From: Desulfatiglandales bacterium
GTDB taxonomy: Bacteria; Desulfobacterota; DSM-4660; Desulfatiglandales; Desulfatiglandaceae
Reading direction: 5' to 3'
DNA: 64,000 nt
Assembly: GCA_963662465.1 (NCBI GenBank)
Contig: OY759599.1
Span: 2,432,001-2,496,000, forward strand
In this document: positions 31,859 through 42,035 of the stretch, one piece after another
How the letters are laid out: each line of letters opens with the position of its first letter
How positions within the stretch are numbered: position 1 is the first letter of the stretch
The notes under the pieces: generated by a model
What the model was told of the DNA's origin: nothing
Seen by the model: the letters and a program-made list of their open reading frames with translations, nothing else
The model's database searches: none
Made by a program: the position numbers and the translations under genes

Positions 31859-31898
31859 TAGGGATTTTCCCCAATGAAAAATCAGGGATCTCCTGATT
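31859..31898. promoter_or_regulatory. Two adjacent inverted repeats, candidate binding sites for the neighbouring NarL-type regulator
   Basis: TAGGGATTTTCCCCA (31859-31873) and AATCAGG-GATCT-CCTGATT (31880-31898), upstream of CDS 31955. Confidence 0.5.
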
Positions 31899-31954
31899 GA
31901 CTTTTCTTTGTTCTTAACCCCTAATAATGAACCAAGTTCAATAACCCACTGCCG

Positions 31955-33628
31955 ATGAAAGGGGTTTTAAAAATAATGGATTCACAGATCCGCCATGTCC
32001 AATCTCTCCATGGAATTGAAGCCACCGCCGAATTTGAGGGACTGTATGACGTCCTTTTTGAACAGTGCCTGGATGGGGTCATTATTTTGGTGGATGGCCT
32101 GCTCGTCAAGGCAAACAGAGCCTTTTGCGATCTTTTCGGACGCTCAGTTGAAAGCATGATCGGCAAAGATCCCGTTGACTTCTTACATCCGGATGACCGG
32201 ATGACGGCCACACGCCGGATAACGACCCTCATGAATGGAAAAGTATTTACCGTAACCCGAGAATATCGCGGAATTCGAGGAGACGGGTCTCAGTTCTGGG
32301 CGGAGTTGCGAAGCACCCTCATCAAAATGGGGGAAAAGCCCGCCATTCAATGCATCGTGCGCAATATCGACGAACAGAAAACAGCCAGAGCATCCCTCCG
32401 GAAAAGTGAAGTGCAGCATCGCCTCATGATAACCCGGCAAAAAGAGGCCAACAGGGCCTTGGCGGCACAGCTCTCCCAGGCCCAGAAGATGGAGGCCATC
32501 GGAACCCTTGCAGGGGGCATTGCCCACGATTTCAACAATATCCTGGCGGGAATTTTGGCATGTACGGAACTCTCCCTTCTCAAGATTGCCCCAGATCATC
32601 CCGCCAGACACCATCTGGAGCAGATCTTGAAAGCCGGAGAACGAGCCGGCAATCTGGTCAGGCAGATTCTCGAATTCAGCAGAAAGGGCGAACAACAGCG
32701 CATCGCGGTTCAGGTGGACGAGGTAACGAAAGAGGTCATCAACCTGCTTCGCGCATCCCTTCCCGCGAACATAGAGATTCAGCAAGCAACAAAAAACTTT
32801 GCCGGCGCCGTGATGGGAGATCCAACCCAGATCCACCAGATTCTGATCAATCTCTGCACCAATGCGGCCCATGCCATGCAGGTAAAGGGCGGCATCCTCA
32901 CCGTGGCCCTGGATGAGATCCATTTCGATGAGGAAGACGCTCGGGCCTGCGGGGAAATAGCCCCCGGCCCATATGTAAGACTGACGGTCGGCGACACAGG
33001 TCACGGCATGAATCCAAGAACCGTTGAGAGAATTTTCGAGCCCTATTTTACCACCAAGGAAAAGGGTGAAGGGACCGGTATGGGGCTTGCCGTGGTCCAT
33101 GGTATCGTCAAAGGCCTTGGCGGAATCATCGATGTCAAAAGCGAGGTCCATAAAGGAACCCGTTTCGAGGTTTTGATCCCGATGATTAATAATGGATATG
33201 AAGCAGAAAATAGACCCCCGAATAATATTCCGGGAGGTCATGAACGTATCCTTTTTGTTGACGATGAGAATATCCTTATTGAAACCATGAAAGCGATTCT
33301 GATGGCACTCGGATATGACGTGGATACCATGAAGAGCGGCGTGGAAGCCCTGGAACTCATCCGCATGAAACCGGAAACATATGACTTGATTATTACGGAC
33401 CAGAGCATGCCGAAAATGACGGGCGTGCAATTTGCCCGAGCTCTCAAAAAGCTTGGGCTCCAGATTCCGATGATCCTCTGCACCGGCTTTAGCGAGGTCA
33501 TCTCGCGGGAAGAGGCCCGATCTATCGGCATAAGGGATTTTATTATGAAACCCATTTTGATGGAAAATCTCGCTGAAATCATCCGGAATGTGCTTGATGA
33601 GGGCGAGCTTAAAACAGTGCGGGATTAG
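31955..33628 (+). CDS. Cytoplasmic hybrid kinase PAS-HisKA-HATPase-REC
   Basis: [37 protein letters not shown] and ILFVDDE. Confidence 0.95.
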   Translation: MKGVLKIMDSQIRHVQSLHGIEATAEFEGLYDVLFEQCLDGVIILVDGLLVKANRAFCDLFGRSVESMIGKDPVDFLHPDDRMTATRRITTLMNGKVFTVTREYRGIRGDGSQFWAELRSTLIKMGEKPAIQCIVRNIDEQKTARASLRKSEVQHRLMITRQKEANRALAAQLSQAQKMEAIGTLAGGIAHDFNNILAGILACTELSLLKIAPDHPARHHLEQILKAGERAGNLVRQILEFSRKGEQQRIAVQVDEVTKEVINLLRASLPANIEIQQATKNFAGAVMGDPTQIHQILINLCTNAAHAMQVKGGILTVALDEIHFDEEDARACGEIAPGPYVRLTVGDTGHGMNPRTVERIFEPYFTTKEKGEGTGMGLAVVHGIVKGLGGIIDVKSEVHKGTRFEVLIPMINNGYEAENRPPNNIPGGHERILFVDDENILIETMKAILMALGYDVDTMKSGVEALELIRMKPETYDLIITDQSMPKMTGVQFARALKKLGLQIPMILCTGFSEVISREEARSIGIRDFIMKPILMENLAEIIRNVLDEGELKTVRD

Positions 33629-33633
33629 AGACA

Positions 33634-34316
33634 ATGGCAAATGTTCTGATCGTAGACGACAACAGACTGTTATGCCAAGCCCTGTCCGATTCATATACGT
33701 GGGCTATGTGGTCGCCTTGTTAAGCGAGAATCTCGAATGATCGGAAAGAGCCGTTCAGACCTCCAGAAAGATATACCAGACCATATTCGAAAACACCGGA
33801 ACCGCAAACATGATGGTTGAGGAAGACTCAACCATATTTCTGGTGAACAGGCAATTCGCTGGTCTCTCCGGCTACACAAAAGAGGAGATTGAAGCGAAAA
33901 AAAGTGGTTGGAGTTTTTTTCAAAAGAGGGTGTCGAAAAGATGATAGTACCATCATATACGAAGACTTGATCCGGATGCGGTTCCCAGGAGCTATGATGC
34001 CCGATTCGTGAACCGGAAGGGCGTTGCCAAAGAGGTGCTTCTCAATGTTGCTGTCATAGCGGGGACGAAGAAGAGCGTGACCTCCATATCTGATATCAGT
34101 ACCATTAAAGACGCGGAGAGAGCGCGGAAGATTCTCCAAAAAAAACTTGAAGAAGCGTTGACCCATGCGCTCAGTGGATTTATCCCGATCTGCTCAAATT
34201 GCAAGAAAATTCGTAATGAGAAGGGTCGGTGGAACCAGGTAGAATCGTACATCAAAGACCGTTCAGGGGCTGAATTCAGCCACACCGTCTGCCCGGAATG
34301 CGGAAAAAAACTTTGA
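33634..34316 (+). pseudogene. Chimeric pseudogene: first ~20 codons of a receiver-domain gene fused to a decayed paralog of CDS 37653-38588
   Basis: MANVLIVDDNRLLCQALSD (cf. MANILIIDDDRMICESLID at 39980), then VGYVVALLSENLE* with TGG->TGA at 33738, frameshifts near 33890-33950, and an intact tail ICSNCKKIR..HTVCPEC. Confidence 0.85.
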
Positions 34317-34323
34317 TGAACCT

Positions 34324-34371
34324 GTGGGAGCGGCTTCCAGCCGCGAAAAGTCGCGGTGAGACGCCGCTCAC
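34324..34371. repeat. REP-like inverted palindrome pair
   Basis: GTGGGAGCGGCTTCCAGCCGCGA-AAAG-TCGCGGTGAGACGCCGCTCAC. Confidence 0.6.
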
Positions 34372-34518
34372 GAACATCCTGCGCTAAATCAGCGTCCATA
34401 ATGAGAATTGCTGTACGATATTATTGTCGGCTCAGGGAGGCCGAAACGATGATCAAGGCCTAAAGATCGGAAAGGAGGTAAAACAAAGAGCATCAATCAC
34501 AAAAGAAGATAATTGAAA

Positions 34519-34536
34519 CGTATCCAAACGGATACG
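34519..34536. promoter_or_regulatory. Perfect 7-bp inverted repeat upstream of the Cache gene
   Basis: CGTATCC-AAAC-GGATACG. Confidence 0.35.
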
Positions 34537-34587
34537 AATTCGCAACTACCCCACAAATTTCAATCTAACAATGGAAAGGAGTGAACA

Positions 34588-35097
34588 GTGAAAAAAAGAG
34601 TAATTTTAGCAGTTATATCGGCTTTATGGGTTTGTTGTTTTATCAACACTAATGTTTGGGCTGCTGATAAGGCAGCACCGGAGGAGGTCGTCGCCAAGGT
34701 TAAGGAGGCCGCGGCCTTTTTGAGCGTTGCAGGCGATGAGGGCCTAAAGGAATTCATGGACCCGAAAGGCAGATGGGTTTGGAAAAATACCTATGTGTGG
34801 GTTCTCCATTGCGACAAAATGACCGATGCCGCCCATCCCCTCAAACACAAACTGGTGGGGATGGATCTCGGAGGTTTGAAAGATATCAAGGGCAATTATT
34901 TTTTCATCGATTTTTGCGAAGTTTCCAAGAAAACAAATGGTGGATGGGTTGAGTATTGGTGGCCAAAAAAAGGGGAACGAAAGCCTTCGCGAAAAATCTC
35001 GTATGTCTTGAAGGTCCCCAATAGTCCATATCAGGTAGCCGCAGGCATATATGATGAAGCGGTTCCTATAAATGAGCTTAATCAATTTATAAAGTGA
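34588..35097 (+). CDS. Stand-alone exported single-Cache-domain protein
   Basis: Signal peptide (..NVWA-AD); [30 protein letters not shown] and AGIY. Confidence 0.88.
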   Translation: MKKRVILAVISALWVCCFINTNVWAADKAAPEEVVAKVKEAAAFLSVAGDEGLKEFMDPKGRWVWKNTYVWVLHCDKMTDAAHPLKHKLVGMDLGGLKDIKGNYFFIDFCEVSKKTNGGWVEYWWPKKGERKPSRKISYVLKVPNSPYQVAAGIYDEAVPINELNQFIK

Positions 35098-35267
35098 TAT
35101 TTTTTTTTGGCGGAAGGACCGGATGTAAAAAAGCCTCTTTTCTCGCCCATTGCGAGGATGGAGGCGAACCCTACCAAAATGACTTCGGCAGAAACGTAAA
35201 GTCTTCTCTTTTTTCATTTCGCGTAGCCATCCCTTACGAGATTTATGGAATTCACGGAGTACTTAAA

Positions 35268-37025
35268 ATGAAAATATCCACAAAACTAATTCTTATAATC
35301 GTCTTAGGTATAACCATAGTGTTTGCACAATTTGTTTTTGATCGTTTCCTGGAAAACAAGCTGGAAGACTACGAAATGGCCGTTATTCAGCTGGGTAAGT
35401 TAAACAAAAACCTTCTCACAGCGATCATAGAGGAGAAGAATTTCTCCAAAGATCAGGGAGATGGGGCATATCAGAAGGCGAACCAATACCTCGCGAAGGC
35501 CCGGGAAGCTCTCTTTGCTTTGGAAAAAGGCGCTGTAAATTTAAAAGGGGAAAAAATCGCTTTTCTGAAGGAGCATCTGAAAAAATACCGTGTCACTTTC
35601 GAGGAGCTCCTTCAACAGGTGCAACGCCTTGGCGCGGAGGATAAGCGCCTCACCGATGGGCTTTTCAACATGAACAAAAAAGCCATGAACGTTCTCGAAA
35701 AGGTAAATGAAGAAATCGCTATCGCGCTGACAAATGTGGAAGAGGTGAGCGAAACGATCAGGCAGCTATCCGAAATCACCAAAAATACCCTGATATGGAC
35801 AAACAGGATTGTCTTTGTTCTCAGCGAAGATCTTTTCTTGCGAAGGGATGAAAAAACCTATCTGGAGCAAACAAAGAAAATCATTTTCAGGCTTAATAAG
35901 GAAAAAGAAAGCGCCGATATTCTTTCAAAAATACTCACCGACCAGAGCTACATGGATTTCATCGGAATGGCAACAAAAATTATCGATCAGCTTCCTGAAC
36001 AAACCGTTCAAATTTATGATGTCTGGAAAGTGACCCAAAAACTTGAAATAGACATGGATCAAACTCGAAAGAAGTTGTTGAATGAAGCAAACAAGCTTTC
36101 AGCCTCCATCGAAAAGCAGAGAGGCCATCTTAAAAAACAGTTGCTGTGGATCAATGTACTCGTTCTTGTGTGCATCACAGCATTTCTGACCATTGTAGGT
36201 CTACTCATCATTCGATCCATTAACCAGCCTCTTAAAGAAGCAATTTCAGGATTAACACAGTGTGGCGAACAGGTGATGGCTGCTTCCTCCCAGGTTTCTT
36301 TCGGAAGCCGGTCGGTGGCGGAAGGGGCATCTGAGCAGGCGGCTTCGATAGAGGAGACCTCTTCTTCACTGGAGGAGATGTCTTCAATGACAAAGCAAAA
36401 TGCAGAACATGGAGGTCATGCAAATAATTTCATGGAAGACGTCAAACAGATTGTGGCCGAAATGAACCATGTTATGAAGGAACTCAGCGTTTCCATGGAC
36501 GAGATTTCCGACGCAAGCCAAGAAACTTCAAAGATCATAAAGACCATTGATGAAATCGCCTTCCAGACCAATCTTCTGGCGTTGAATGCCGCGGTGGAAG
36601 CAGCAAGGGCCGGCGAGGCGGGATCGGGATTTGCGGTAGTGGCAGATGAGGTACGAAATCTGGCCATAAGGTCTGCGGATGCAGCCAGGAATACCTCGAA
36701 CCTGATTGAAAGCACCGTCATAAAAATTGAGAGGGGAACCGAAATCGTGAGCAAAACCAACGAGGACTTCACAAAGGTAAACAAAAGCGCCTCCAAAGTT
36801 GCTGAGCTGATAGGGGAAATAGCCGCCGCATCAACTGAGCAGGCTCAGGGGATTGACCAGATCAATAAGGCTGTGGCTGAAATGGATAAGGTAGTCCAAC
36901 AAAATGCCGCGAACGCAGAGGAATCTGCCGGCTCTTCAGCGGAAATGGATGCTCAGACCGAAAATATGCAGGAGATTATAAATGAATTGGCGGTCATGGT
37001 TGAAGGGGAAAAACGAGAGAAGTGA
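35268..37025 (+). CDS. Methyl-accepting chemotaxis protein
   Basis: MKISTKL leader, two TM segments, and the MCP hairpin tip [32 protein letters not shown]. Confidence 0.95.
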   Translation: MKISTKLILIIVLGITIVFAQFVFDRFLENKLEDYEMAVIQLGKLNKNLLTAIIEEKNFSKDQGDGAYQKANQYLAKAREALFALEKGAVNLKGEKIAFLKEHLKKYRVTFEELLQQVQRLGAEDKRLTDGLFNMNKKAMNVLEKVNEEIAIALTNVEEVSETIRQLSEITKNTLIWTNRIVFVLSEDLFLRRDEKTYLEQTKKIIFRLNKEKESADILSKILTDQSYMDFIGMATKIIDQLPEQTVQIYDVWKVTQKLEIDMDQTRKKLLNEANKLSASIEKQRGHLKKQLLWINVLVLVCITAFLTIVGLLIIRSINQPLKEAISGLTQCGEQVMAASSQVSFGSRSVAEGASEQAASIEETSSSLEEMSSMTKQNAEHGGHANNFMEDVKQIVAEMNHVMKELSVSMDEISDASQETSKIIKTIDEIAFQTNLLALNAAVEAARAGEAGSGFAVVADEVRNLAIRSADAARNTSNLIESTVIKIERGTEIVSKTNEDFTKVNKSASKVAELIGEIAAASTEQAQGIDQINKAVAEMDKVVQQNAANAEESAGSSAEMDAQTENMQEIINELAVMVEGEKREK

Positions 37026-37140
37026 TGGTAAAAGTAATTCAAAACATATGCAACGAATATAGAATTCCTATAATGGCCCTATTGTTAATTTCGGTCTGTC
37101 TTTTAACTTACTGCTTTCACGGCGTGTCCTTAAGACCGGC

Positions 37141-37490
37141 ATGGAACTGTTGATCAACAAGGTTATGGAGGTTGAGCGGAAACCGCAGCCAACTGGTTGC
37201 CAAGGTATTTGGCGGCACCCATGTTCTCCCCCCATTTCTAAAGAAAACGGGGTCGGGAAAAAAACGCGGCCTTCGTTCTCGGGTTTCTGAAAAAAGAGCA
37301 GATCAGGATTATCAACAAGGATCTGGGAGGTCGTGAACCCCGAAGAATCTATTTGCATACCGATACGGGGGAAGTGTTCCTGAAACGCCTCCCCTCCGCG
37401 AAATTCACAAATATTGCCATGGCAGAAAAAAAACATTTTGGGAAAATCAAGAAGATTGCCGAAAAAGGAGGGGATATAACCCTTTTTTAG
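37141..37490 (+). pseudogene. cheD: 5'-truncated, frameshifted chemoreceptor glutamine deamidase CheD remnant
   Basis: Read across frameshifts: MELLINKVM../LVAKVFGGTHVL../NAAFVLGFLKKEQIRIINKDLGGREPRRIYLHTDTGEVFLKRL..GGDITLF*. The N-terminal LGSC motif is not found upstream. Confidence 0.85.
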
Positions 37491-37652
37491 GTTCACCGCC
37501 AATCCCCCTGACCTGTGCCATAAACAATTACAGGAGACCTAATTAGAGCGGCAGACTAATCTTGATCTTGGTGATCCCATTTTAATTGACATATCCCGCC
37601 AAATTTGATCCAAGATATCTCTCCCAATCAGTTTTTCATAAAAAGAGATGTG

Positions 37653-38588
37653 ATGACAAAAAAAAATCAAAGAACGGAAACCCGATTCAAGATTGCCGCA
37701 ATAGTCCTTCTATTAATAGCCGCCTGCTTTTTAACGTACTATTTTCATTGCGTGCTTAAAAGTGGTAAAATCTTTACCCATTTCTTCTACATCCCTATCT
37801 TTCTGTCATCCCTCTGGTGGAAAAAAAAGGGGCTGATCGTCGCCGTATTATTGGCGCTGTTGTTGATCCTCAGTCACGACCAGTTAAGGATGGATGTGGA
37901 TAATGCCAATGATTATGTGAGGGCCCTCATGTTTTTGTGCGTAGGCTATGTGGTCGCCTTGTTGAGTGAGAAGATCGAGTGGTCGGAAAGGATTGCTCGG
38001 ACCTCGATGGATATATACAAAACCATATTCGAAACCACCGGAACGGCCACCATCATCATTGAGGAGGACACCACCATATTTCTTGCGAACAAACAATTTG
38101 AAAGTCTTTCCGGCTACGCAAAAAAGGAAGTAGAGGGGAAAAAAAGGTGGTCGGAGTTCTTCGTAAAAAAGGATCTCGACAGAATGATGGAATATCATCA
38201 TATCCGAAGAATCGATCCGAATGCGGTCCCCGGGAACTATGAAGCCCGCTTCGTGGACAGGGAGGGCCTTGTCAAGGAAGTGGTCCTGAATGTGGCGGTC
38301 ATCCCCGGAACGAAGAAGAGTGTGGCGGCCATAGCCGATATCAGTCCCATTAAAGACGCTCTGAGAGAGCGGGAGCTTCTCCAAAAAAAGCTTGAGGAGG
38401 CCCTGGCCCAGGTACTCAGCGGGTTTATCCCCATCTGCGCCAACTGCAAAAAAATCCGCGATGAAAAGGGGCAATGGAGCCAGGTGGAATTGTATATCAA
38501 AAACCGTTCAAAGGCCGAGTTCAGTCATACCATCTGCCCTGAATGTGGAAAAAAGCTCTATGGCAATCTCTATCGGGACCCGAAGTGA
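37653..38588 (+). CDS. Membrane sensor + PAS + C-terminal Cys/His (putative Zn-binding) domain protein
   Basis: Four TM segments with THFFYIPI; PAS; IPICANCKKIRDEKGQW..FSHTICPEC. Confidence 0.88.
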   Translation: MTKKNQRTETRFKIAAIVLLLIAACFLTYYFHCVLKSGKIFTHFFYIPIFLSSLWWKKKGLIVAVLLALLLILSHDQLRMDVDNANDYVRALMFLCVGYVVALLSEKIEWSERIARTSMDIYKTIFETTGTATIIIEEDTTIFLANKQFESLSGYAKKEVEGKKRWSEFFVKKDLDRMMEYHHIRRIDPNAVPGNYEARFVDREGLVKEVVLNVAVIPGTKKSVAAIADISPIKDALRERELLQKKLEEALAQVLSGFIPICANCKKIRDEKGQWSQVELYIKNRSKAEFSHTICPECGKKLYGNLYRDPK

Positions 38589-38613
38589 ATGGCTAAGGCT
38601 CAGGTGAAAAATC

Positions 38614-40005
38614 ATGCTGTTTAAAAAAGCCCGCGACGGATTCGAAAGCCGAATCAGAAATCAAACGGCAGCGCTTGAAAAGACCCGACAAGCGCTGCAA
38701 AACGAGATGGCGGCGCATGGCCGTACCCAAAACGCTCTGGAGGAGAGTGAAAGAAAACATCAACTGCTTGAAACGGCATTGACCGAATGCCAAAACAAAT
38801 ACGGCGCCATGGCGGATTCGATAAATGAAATGGCATCCCGCCTTCAGCAGGCCCAAAGCATGGAAGCCATCGGGATACTGGCGGGGGGAATCGCCCATGA
38901 TTTCAAAAACATCCTCTCGCCCATCATGATGTATGCGGGCATGGCATCCATGGGAATTCCGGTTCAAGACCCCCTCCATTCCCACATGGATCAAATCATC
39001 AAGTCCGGAAACCGCGCCGACGCGCTGGTCCGTCAACTCCTTCTGTTCAGCCGGCAAAACAAGCCGGAACCGGGTCCCTTGATGATCCGTCCGATCCTGA
39101 AGGAAACCCTCAAATGGTTAAGGTTTTCCATTCCCGCCACCATCCGCATAAAACAAAACATTGAGGTGGAATCGGACACGATTTCAGCTGATCCGCTTCG
39201 GATGCACCGGCTCTTGACGAACCTGTTCACCCATGTGATAGAACGGATGGGTCATAAAGGCGGCATCATGACCGTAGGGTTGATGGATGCGGACATGGAT
39301 TCGGAAAATCTCAAGGGGCATCCCGATTTGATCCCGGAACGGTCCTACCTCAAACTGACGGTAAGCGATGCAGGCATTGGAATGGAATCTGAAGTGCCGG
39401 CGCAACTATTTGAACCCTATGCCCCACCAAAGAACGCCGCGGGGCTGAGGCTTGCCGCGGTCCATGATATCGTCGAACAGCTAAGTGGGGCGATTTTCGT
39501 CAGCAGTGCGCCTGAAAAGGGTGCGACCTTTGAAATATTTTTCCCGAAAATCGAAACCGATGGTGCAAAAGACACGGGTGGAAAAGAACCCCCACCCAAA
39601 GGCCATGAGAGGATATTGTTCATCGATGATGACGTGATGGTGGCGGATGCCGCAAAAATCATGTTTGAAAGTCTCGGCTATCGGGTTCATAAGGCCACCA
39701 GCAGCCTTGCGGCGCTGGCGGCATTCAAAGAAAGTCCCTGGAATTTCGACCTGGTGATAACCGACCGGGTGATGCCGGATATGACGGGAGAAGATCTGTG
39801 CCGCGCGATCCTGCGCATACGACCGGATATCCCCATCATCCTTTGTACCGGTGGTGATGAAATGATGAATGAGGAAATGGCAAAAGAAATCGGTATTAAA
39901 GCCTTTTTCACTAAACCCATCGCGATACGTAAAACAGCCGGGATGATCCGGCGATTGCTGGATCAGCAAAGGAATAAAAATGGCCAATATCCTCATCATC
40001 GATGA
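38614..40005 (+). CDS. Hybrid HisKA-HATPase-REC protein with degenerate ATP-binding boxes
   Basis: H box GIAHDFKNIL is intact; N box reads NLFTH; F/G2 region reads PYAPPKNAAGLRL; receiver ILFIDDD..TDRVMP..KP is intact. Confidence 0.88.
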   Translation: MLFKKARDGFESRIRNQTAALEKTRQALQNEMAAHGRTQNALEESERKHQLLETALTECQNKYGAMADSINEMASRLQQAQSMEAIGILAGGIAHDFKNILSPIMMYAGMASMGIPVQDPLHSHMDQIIKSGNRADALVRQLLLFSRQNKPEPGPLMIRPILKETLKWLRFSIPATIRIKQNIEVESDTISADPLRMHRLLTNLFTHVIERMGHKGGIMTVGLMDADMDSENLKGHPDLIPERSYLKLTVSDAGIGMESEVPAQLFEPYAPPKNAAGLRLAAVHDIVEQLSGAIFVSSAPEKGATFEIFFPKIETDGAKDTGGKEPPPKGHERILFIDDDVMVADAAKIMFESLGYRVHKATSSLAALAAFKESPWNFDLVITDRVMPDMTGEDLCRAILRIRPDIPIILCTGGDEMMNEEMAKEIGIKAFFTKPIAIRKTAGMIRRLLDQQRNKNGQYPHHR

Positions 40006-41377
40006 TGATCGGATGATTTGTGAGAGCCTGATCGATTTCATGAGACCCATGGGGCATCATGTTGCCTATGCCCTCAGGCTCAAAGACGGCCTGAAACAGA
40101 TTCGCACCGAATCCTTCGACATCGTGTTTCTCGATGTTTATCTACCCGACGGCAACGGCCTGGAACAAATCCCCACCATTCGAGAGGGGTCCATCCCGCC
40201 TGAAATCATCGTCATCACCGGAGAAGGCGATGCCGACGGCGCGGAACTTGCCGTCAAAAACGGTTGTTGGGATTACCTTCAAAAGCCCCTTTCTCCCAAA
40301 AAGACCGCCTTATCCCTCAACCGCGTCCTGCAATACATCGAGGAAAAAAGCAACCGAAAGCCGCCGATCCTCTTGAAGCGAGAGGGAATTATCGGAAAGA
40401 GCCCCCGGGTGGAAGAATGTCTCGCGCTGGTGGCAAAGGCGGGCGCTACCGACGTCAATGTCCTGATTACAGGCGCCACCGGCACCGGAAAGGAGCTTTT
40501 TGCCCAGGCAATCCATGACAACAGTCCCCGGGCCCATAACCCCTTTGTGGTGGTCGATTGCACCGCCCTGCCCCAAACCCTCATTGAAAGCATGCTCTTC
40601 GGCCATCAAAAGGGGGCCTTTACGGGCGCCATCCAGAGCCGGGAGGGTCTGATCAAACAGGCCCATGGCGGGACCCTCTTCCTCGATGAAGTGGCGGAGC
40701 TTCCCATGACCGCTCAGAGTACGTTTCTTCGGGTCCTCCAGGAACATCGTTTTCGTCCCGTGGGCAGCGAGAAAGAGCTGAAGAGCAACTTCAGGCTCAT
40801 TGCGGCGACCAATCGTAATCCGGCGCTCATGGCCCAAGCCGGAAAGTTCCGCAATGATCTGTTTTTTCGTCTCCAAACCATCGCCATCGAGTTGCCCCCC
40901 TTAAAGAACAGAACCGGCGATATCAAGGATATTGCATTTCATTACATTAATCTGTTCTGCGACCGTTTCGGGCTCAGAACCAAGGGAGTCTCCACGGAAT
41001 TTCTCGAAGCTTTAACTCAATACAGTTGGCCCGGAAACGTGCGCGAACTGATTAACGCCACCGAAAGCGCCCTGACGGAAGCCTTTGACGCCCCGACCCT
41101 CTTTCCCATTCACCTGCCGAATCTCATCCGAAGAGAATTGGTCCGTGCCTCTTTTGAACCCGGCGATTTCCATAAAGCCCCCACGAAATCGCTCCCTGAA
41201 CATCCCCGATCCTTCCCCAATTTTCAGGAATTAAGGGAAAGGACCGAGAAAAAATACTTTCAAGACCTGCTCTCCTTTACGGGGGGCCATATACAAGAGA
41301 TCTGCCGAACCTCAGGGCTGTCGCGGGCTCAGGTATACCGGCATCTGAAAAAATACAACCTCTCCCGAAACGGTTGA
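39980..41377 (+). CDS. sigma-54-dependent response regulator (NtrC/Fis family)
   Basis: Receiver domain; GATGTGKE, GAFTGA, LFLDEV, WPGNVREL and a C-terminal HTH. Confidence 0.96.
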   Translation: MANILIIDDDRMICESLIDFMRPMGHHVAYALRLKDGLKQIRTESFDIVFLDVYLPDGNGLEQIPTIREGSIPPEIIVITGEGDADGAELAVKNGCWDYLQKPLSPKKTALSLNRVLQYIEEKSNRKPPILLKREGIIGKSPRVEECLALVAKAGATDVNVLITGATGTGKELFAQAIHDNSPRAHNPFVVVDCTALPQTLIESMLFGHQKGAFTGAIQSREGLIKQAHGGTLFLDEVAELPMTAQSTFLRVLQEHRFRPVGSEKELKSNFRLIAATNRNPALMAQAGKFRNDLFFRLQTIAIELPPLKNRTGDIKDIAFHYINLFCDRFGLRTKGVSTEFLEALTQYSWPGNVRELINATESALTEAFDAPTLFPIHLPNLIRRELVRASFEPGDFHKAPTKSLPEHPRSFPNFQELRERTEKKYFQDLLSFTGGHIQEICRTSGLSRAQVYRHLKKYNLSRNG

Positions 41378-41425
41378 TGACGTCCCGGTTGTCTTCTCAC
41401 CGTCTCCGTTCTGGAAAGTTTTCCA

Positions 41426-41460
41426 TGTCTCACAAATGAGATTTTTCTCCGATCCGAGAC
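41426..41460. promoter_or_regulatory. Candidate tandem upstream activator sequences
   Basis: TGTCTCACAAATGAGAT and TTCTCCGATCCGAGAC, 100-135 bp upstream of the sigma-54-like site at 41560; a further IR TAATGGCA-N11-TGCCATTA lies at 41497-41523. Confidence 0.5.
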
Positions 41461-41559
41461 GTCTTTTCTAAACTCCATTATCCTTGCCGTTTTTGCTAAT
41501 GGCATCATAACGTATTGCCATTAAACAATAAACCCACAAATCCCCGTTTCAAAGAATAT

Positions 41560-41575
41560 CCGGCATGAAACTTGG
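41560..41575 (+). promoter_or_regulatory. sigma-54-like promoter with a variant -12 element
   Basis: CCGGCATGAAACTTGG (GG-N10-GG); 15-nt identity with 7677. Confidence 0.55.
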
Positions 41576-41630
41576 AATAGGCTTTTAGATAAAATGAAAC
41601 CTGAATGCTAAAAAGCAGGGGGAGGTTCAT

Positions 41631-42035
41631 ATGAGACTACTGTTTTTTTGTGATGACGAAAAGGGCGCCGGCAAAGCGATTCAAAAAATGATCGAGGCAC
41701 AGGTACGAAAAGAGGATATGGAGATTTACCGAACAATCGGCGATCTCTCCCGAAGGCTTCACCAGCCCAGAGGCACTATCAGCATCGTCGTTCTTTTGGC
41801 CGCCAATCGGGAAAACCTTGGGGAACTCCTTTTATTGGCAGATTTACTGAATGACATACCCATGATTCTTGTATTACCGGACAGGAAGGCGGATACCATT
41901 TCGAAAGGGCATAAATTTCACCCGCGCTTTACCTGTTATATGGACAACGGTTTTTCTGATGCAGCCCTGGTGTTGGAGAAGATGATAAAAATACAGCAGA
42001 AACAAAGGAGGAATTTAAAATGTGGAAGAATATGA
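41631..42035 (+). CDS. Small hypothetical protein, possibly a degenerate receiver-like fold
   Basis: 134 aa with a GGAGG RBS; alternating beta/alpha pattern; overlaps the MCP start. Confidence 0.7.
   Translation: MRLLFFCDDEKGAGKAIQKMIEAQVRKEDMEIYRTIGDLSRRLHQPRGTISIVVLLAANRENLGELLLLADLLNDIPMILVLPDRKADTISKGHKFHPRFTCYMDNGFSDAALVLEKMIKIQQKQRRNLKCGRI

Noticed and set aside
32183..33694. 503-aa minus-strand ORF, and similar long antisense ORFs such as 3787-4479, 37884-38474 and 48678-49523
   Set aside because: Shadow frames opposite well-supported genes, with no recognisable motifs.
35098..35267. c-di-GMP riboswitch in the MCP leader, also looked for in other intergenic regions
   Set aside because: I found no convincing GEMM-type two-hairpin pattern by eye; an Rfam search would be decisive.
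37068..37502. 144-aa minus-strand ORF
   Set aside because: Antisense to the cheD remnant, which explains the region.
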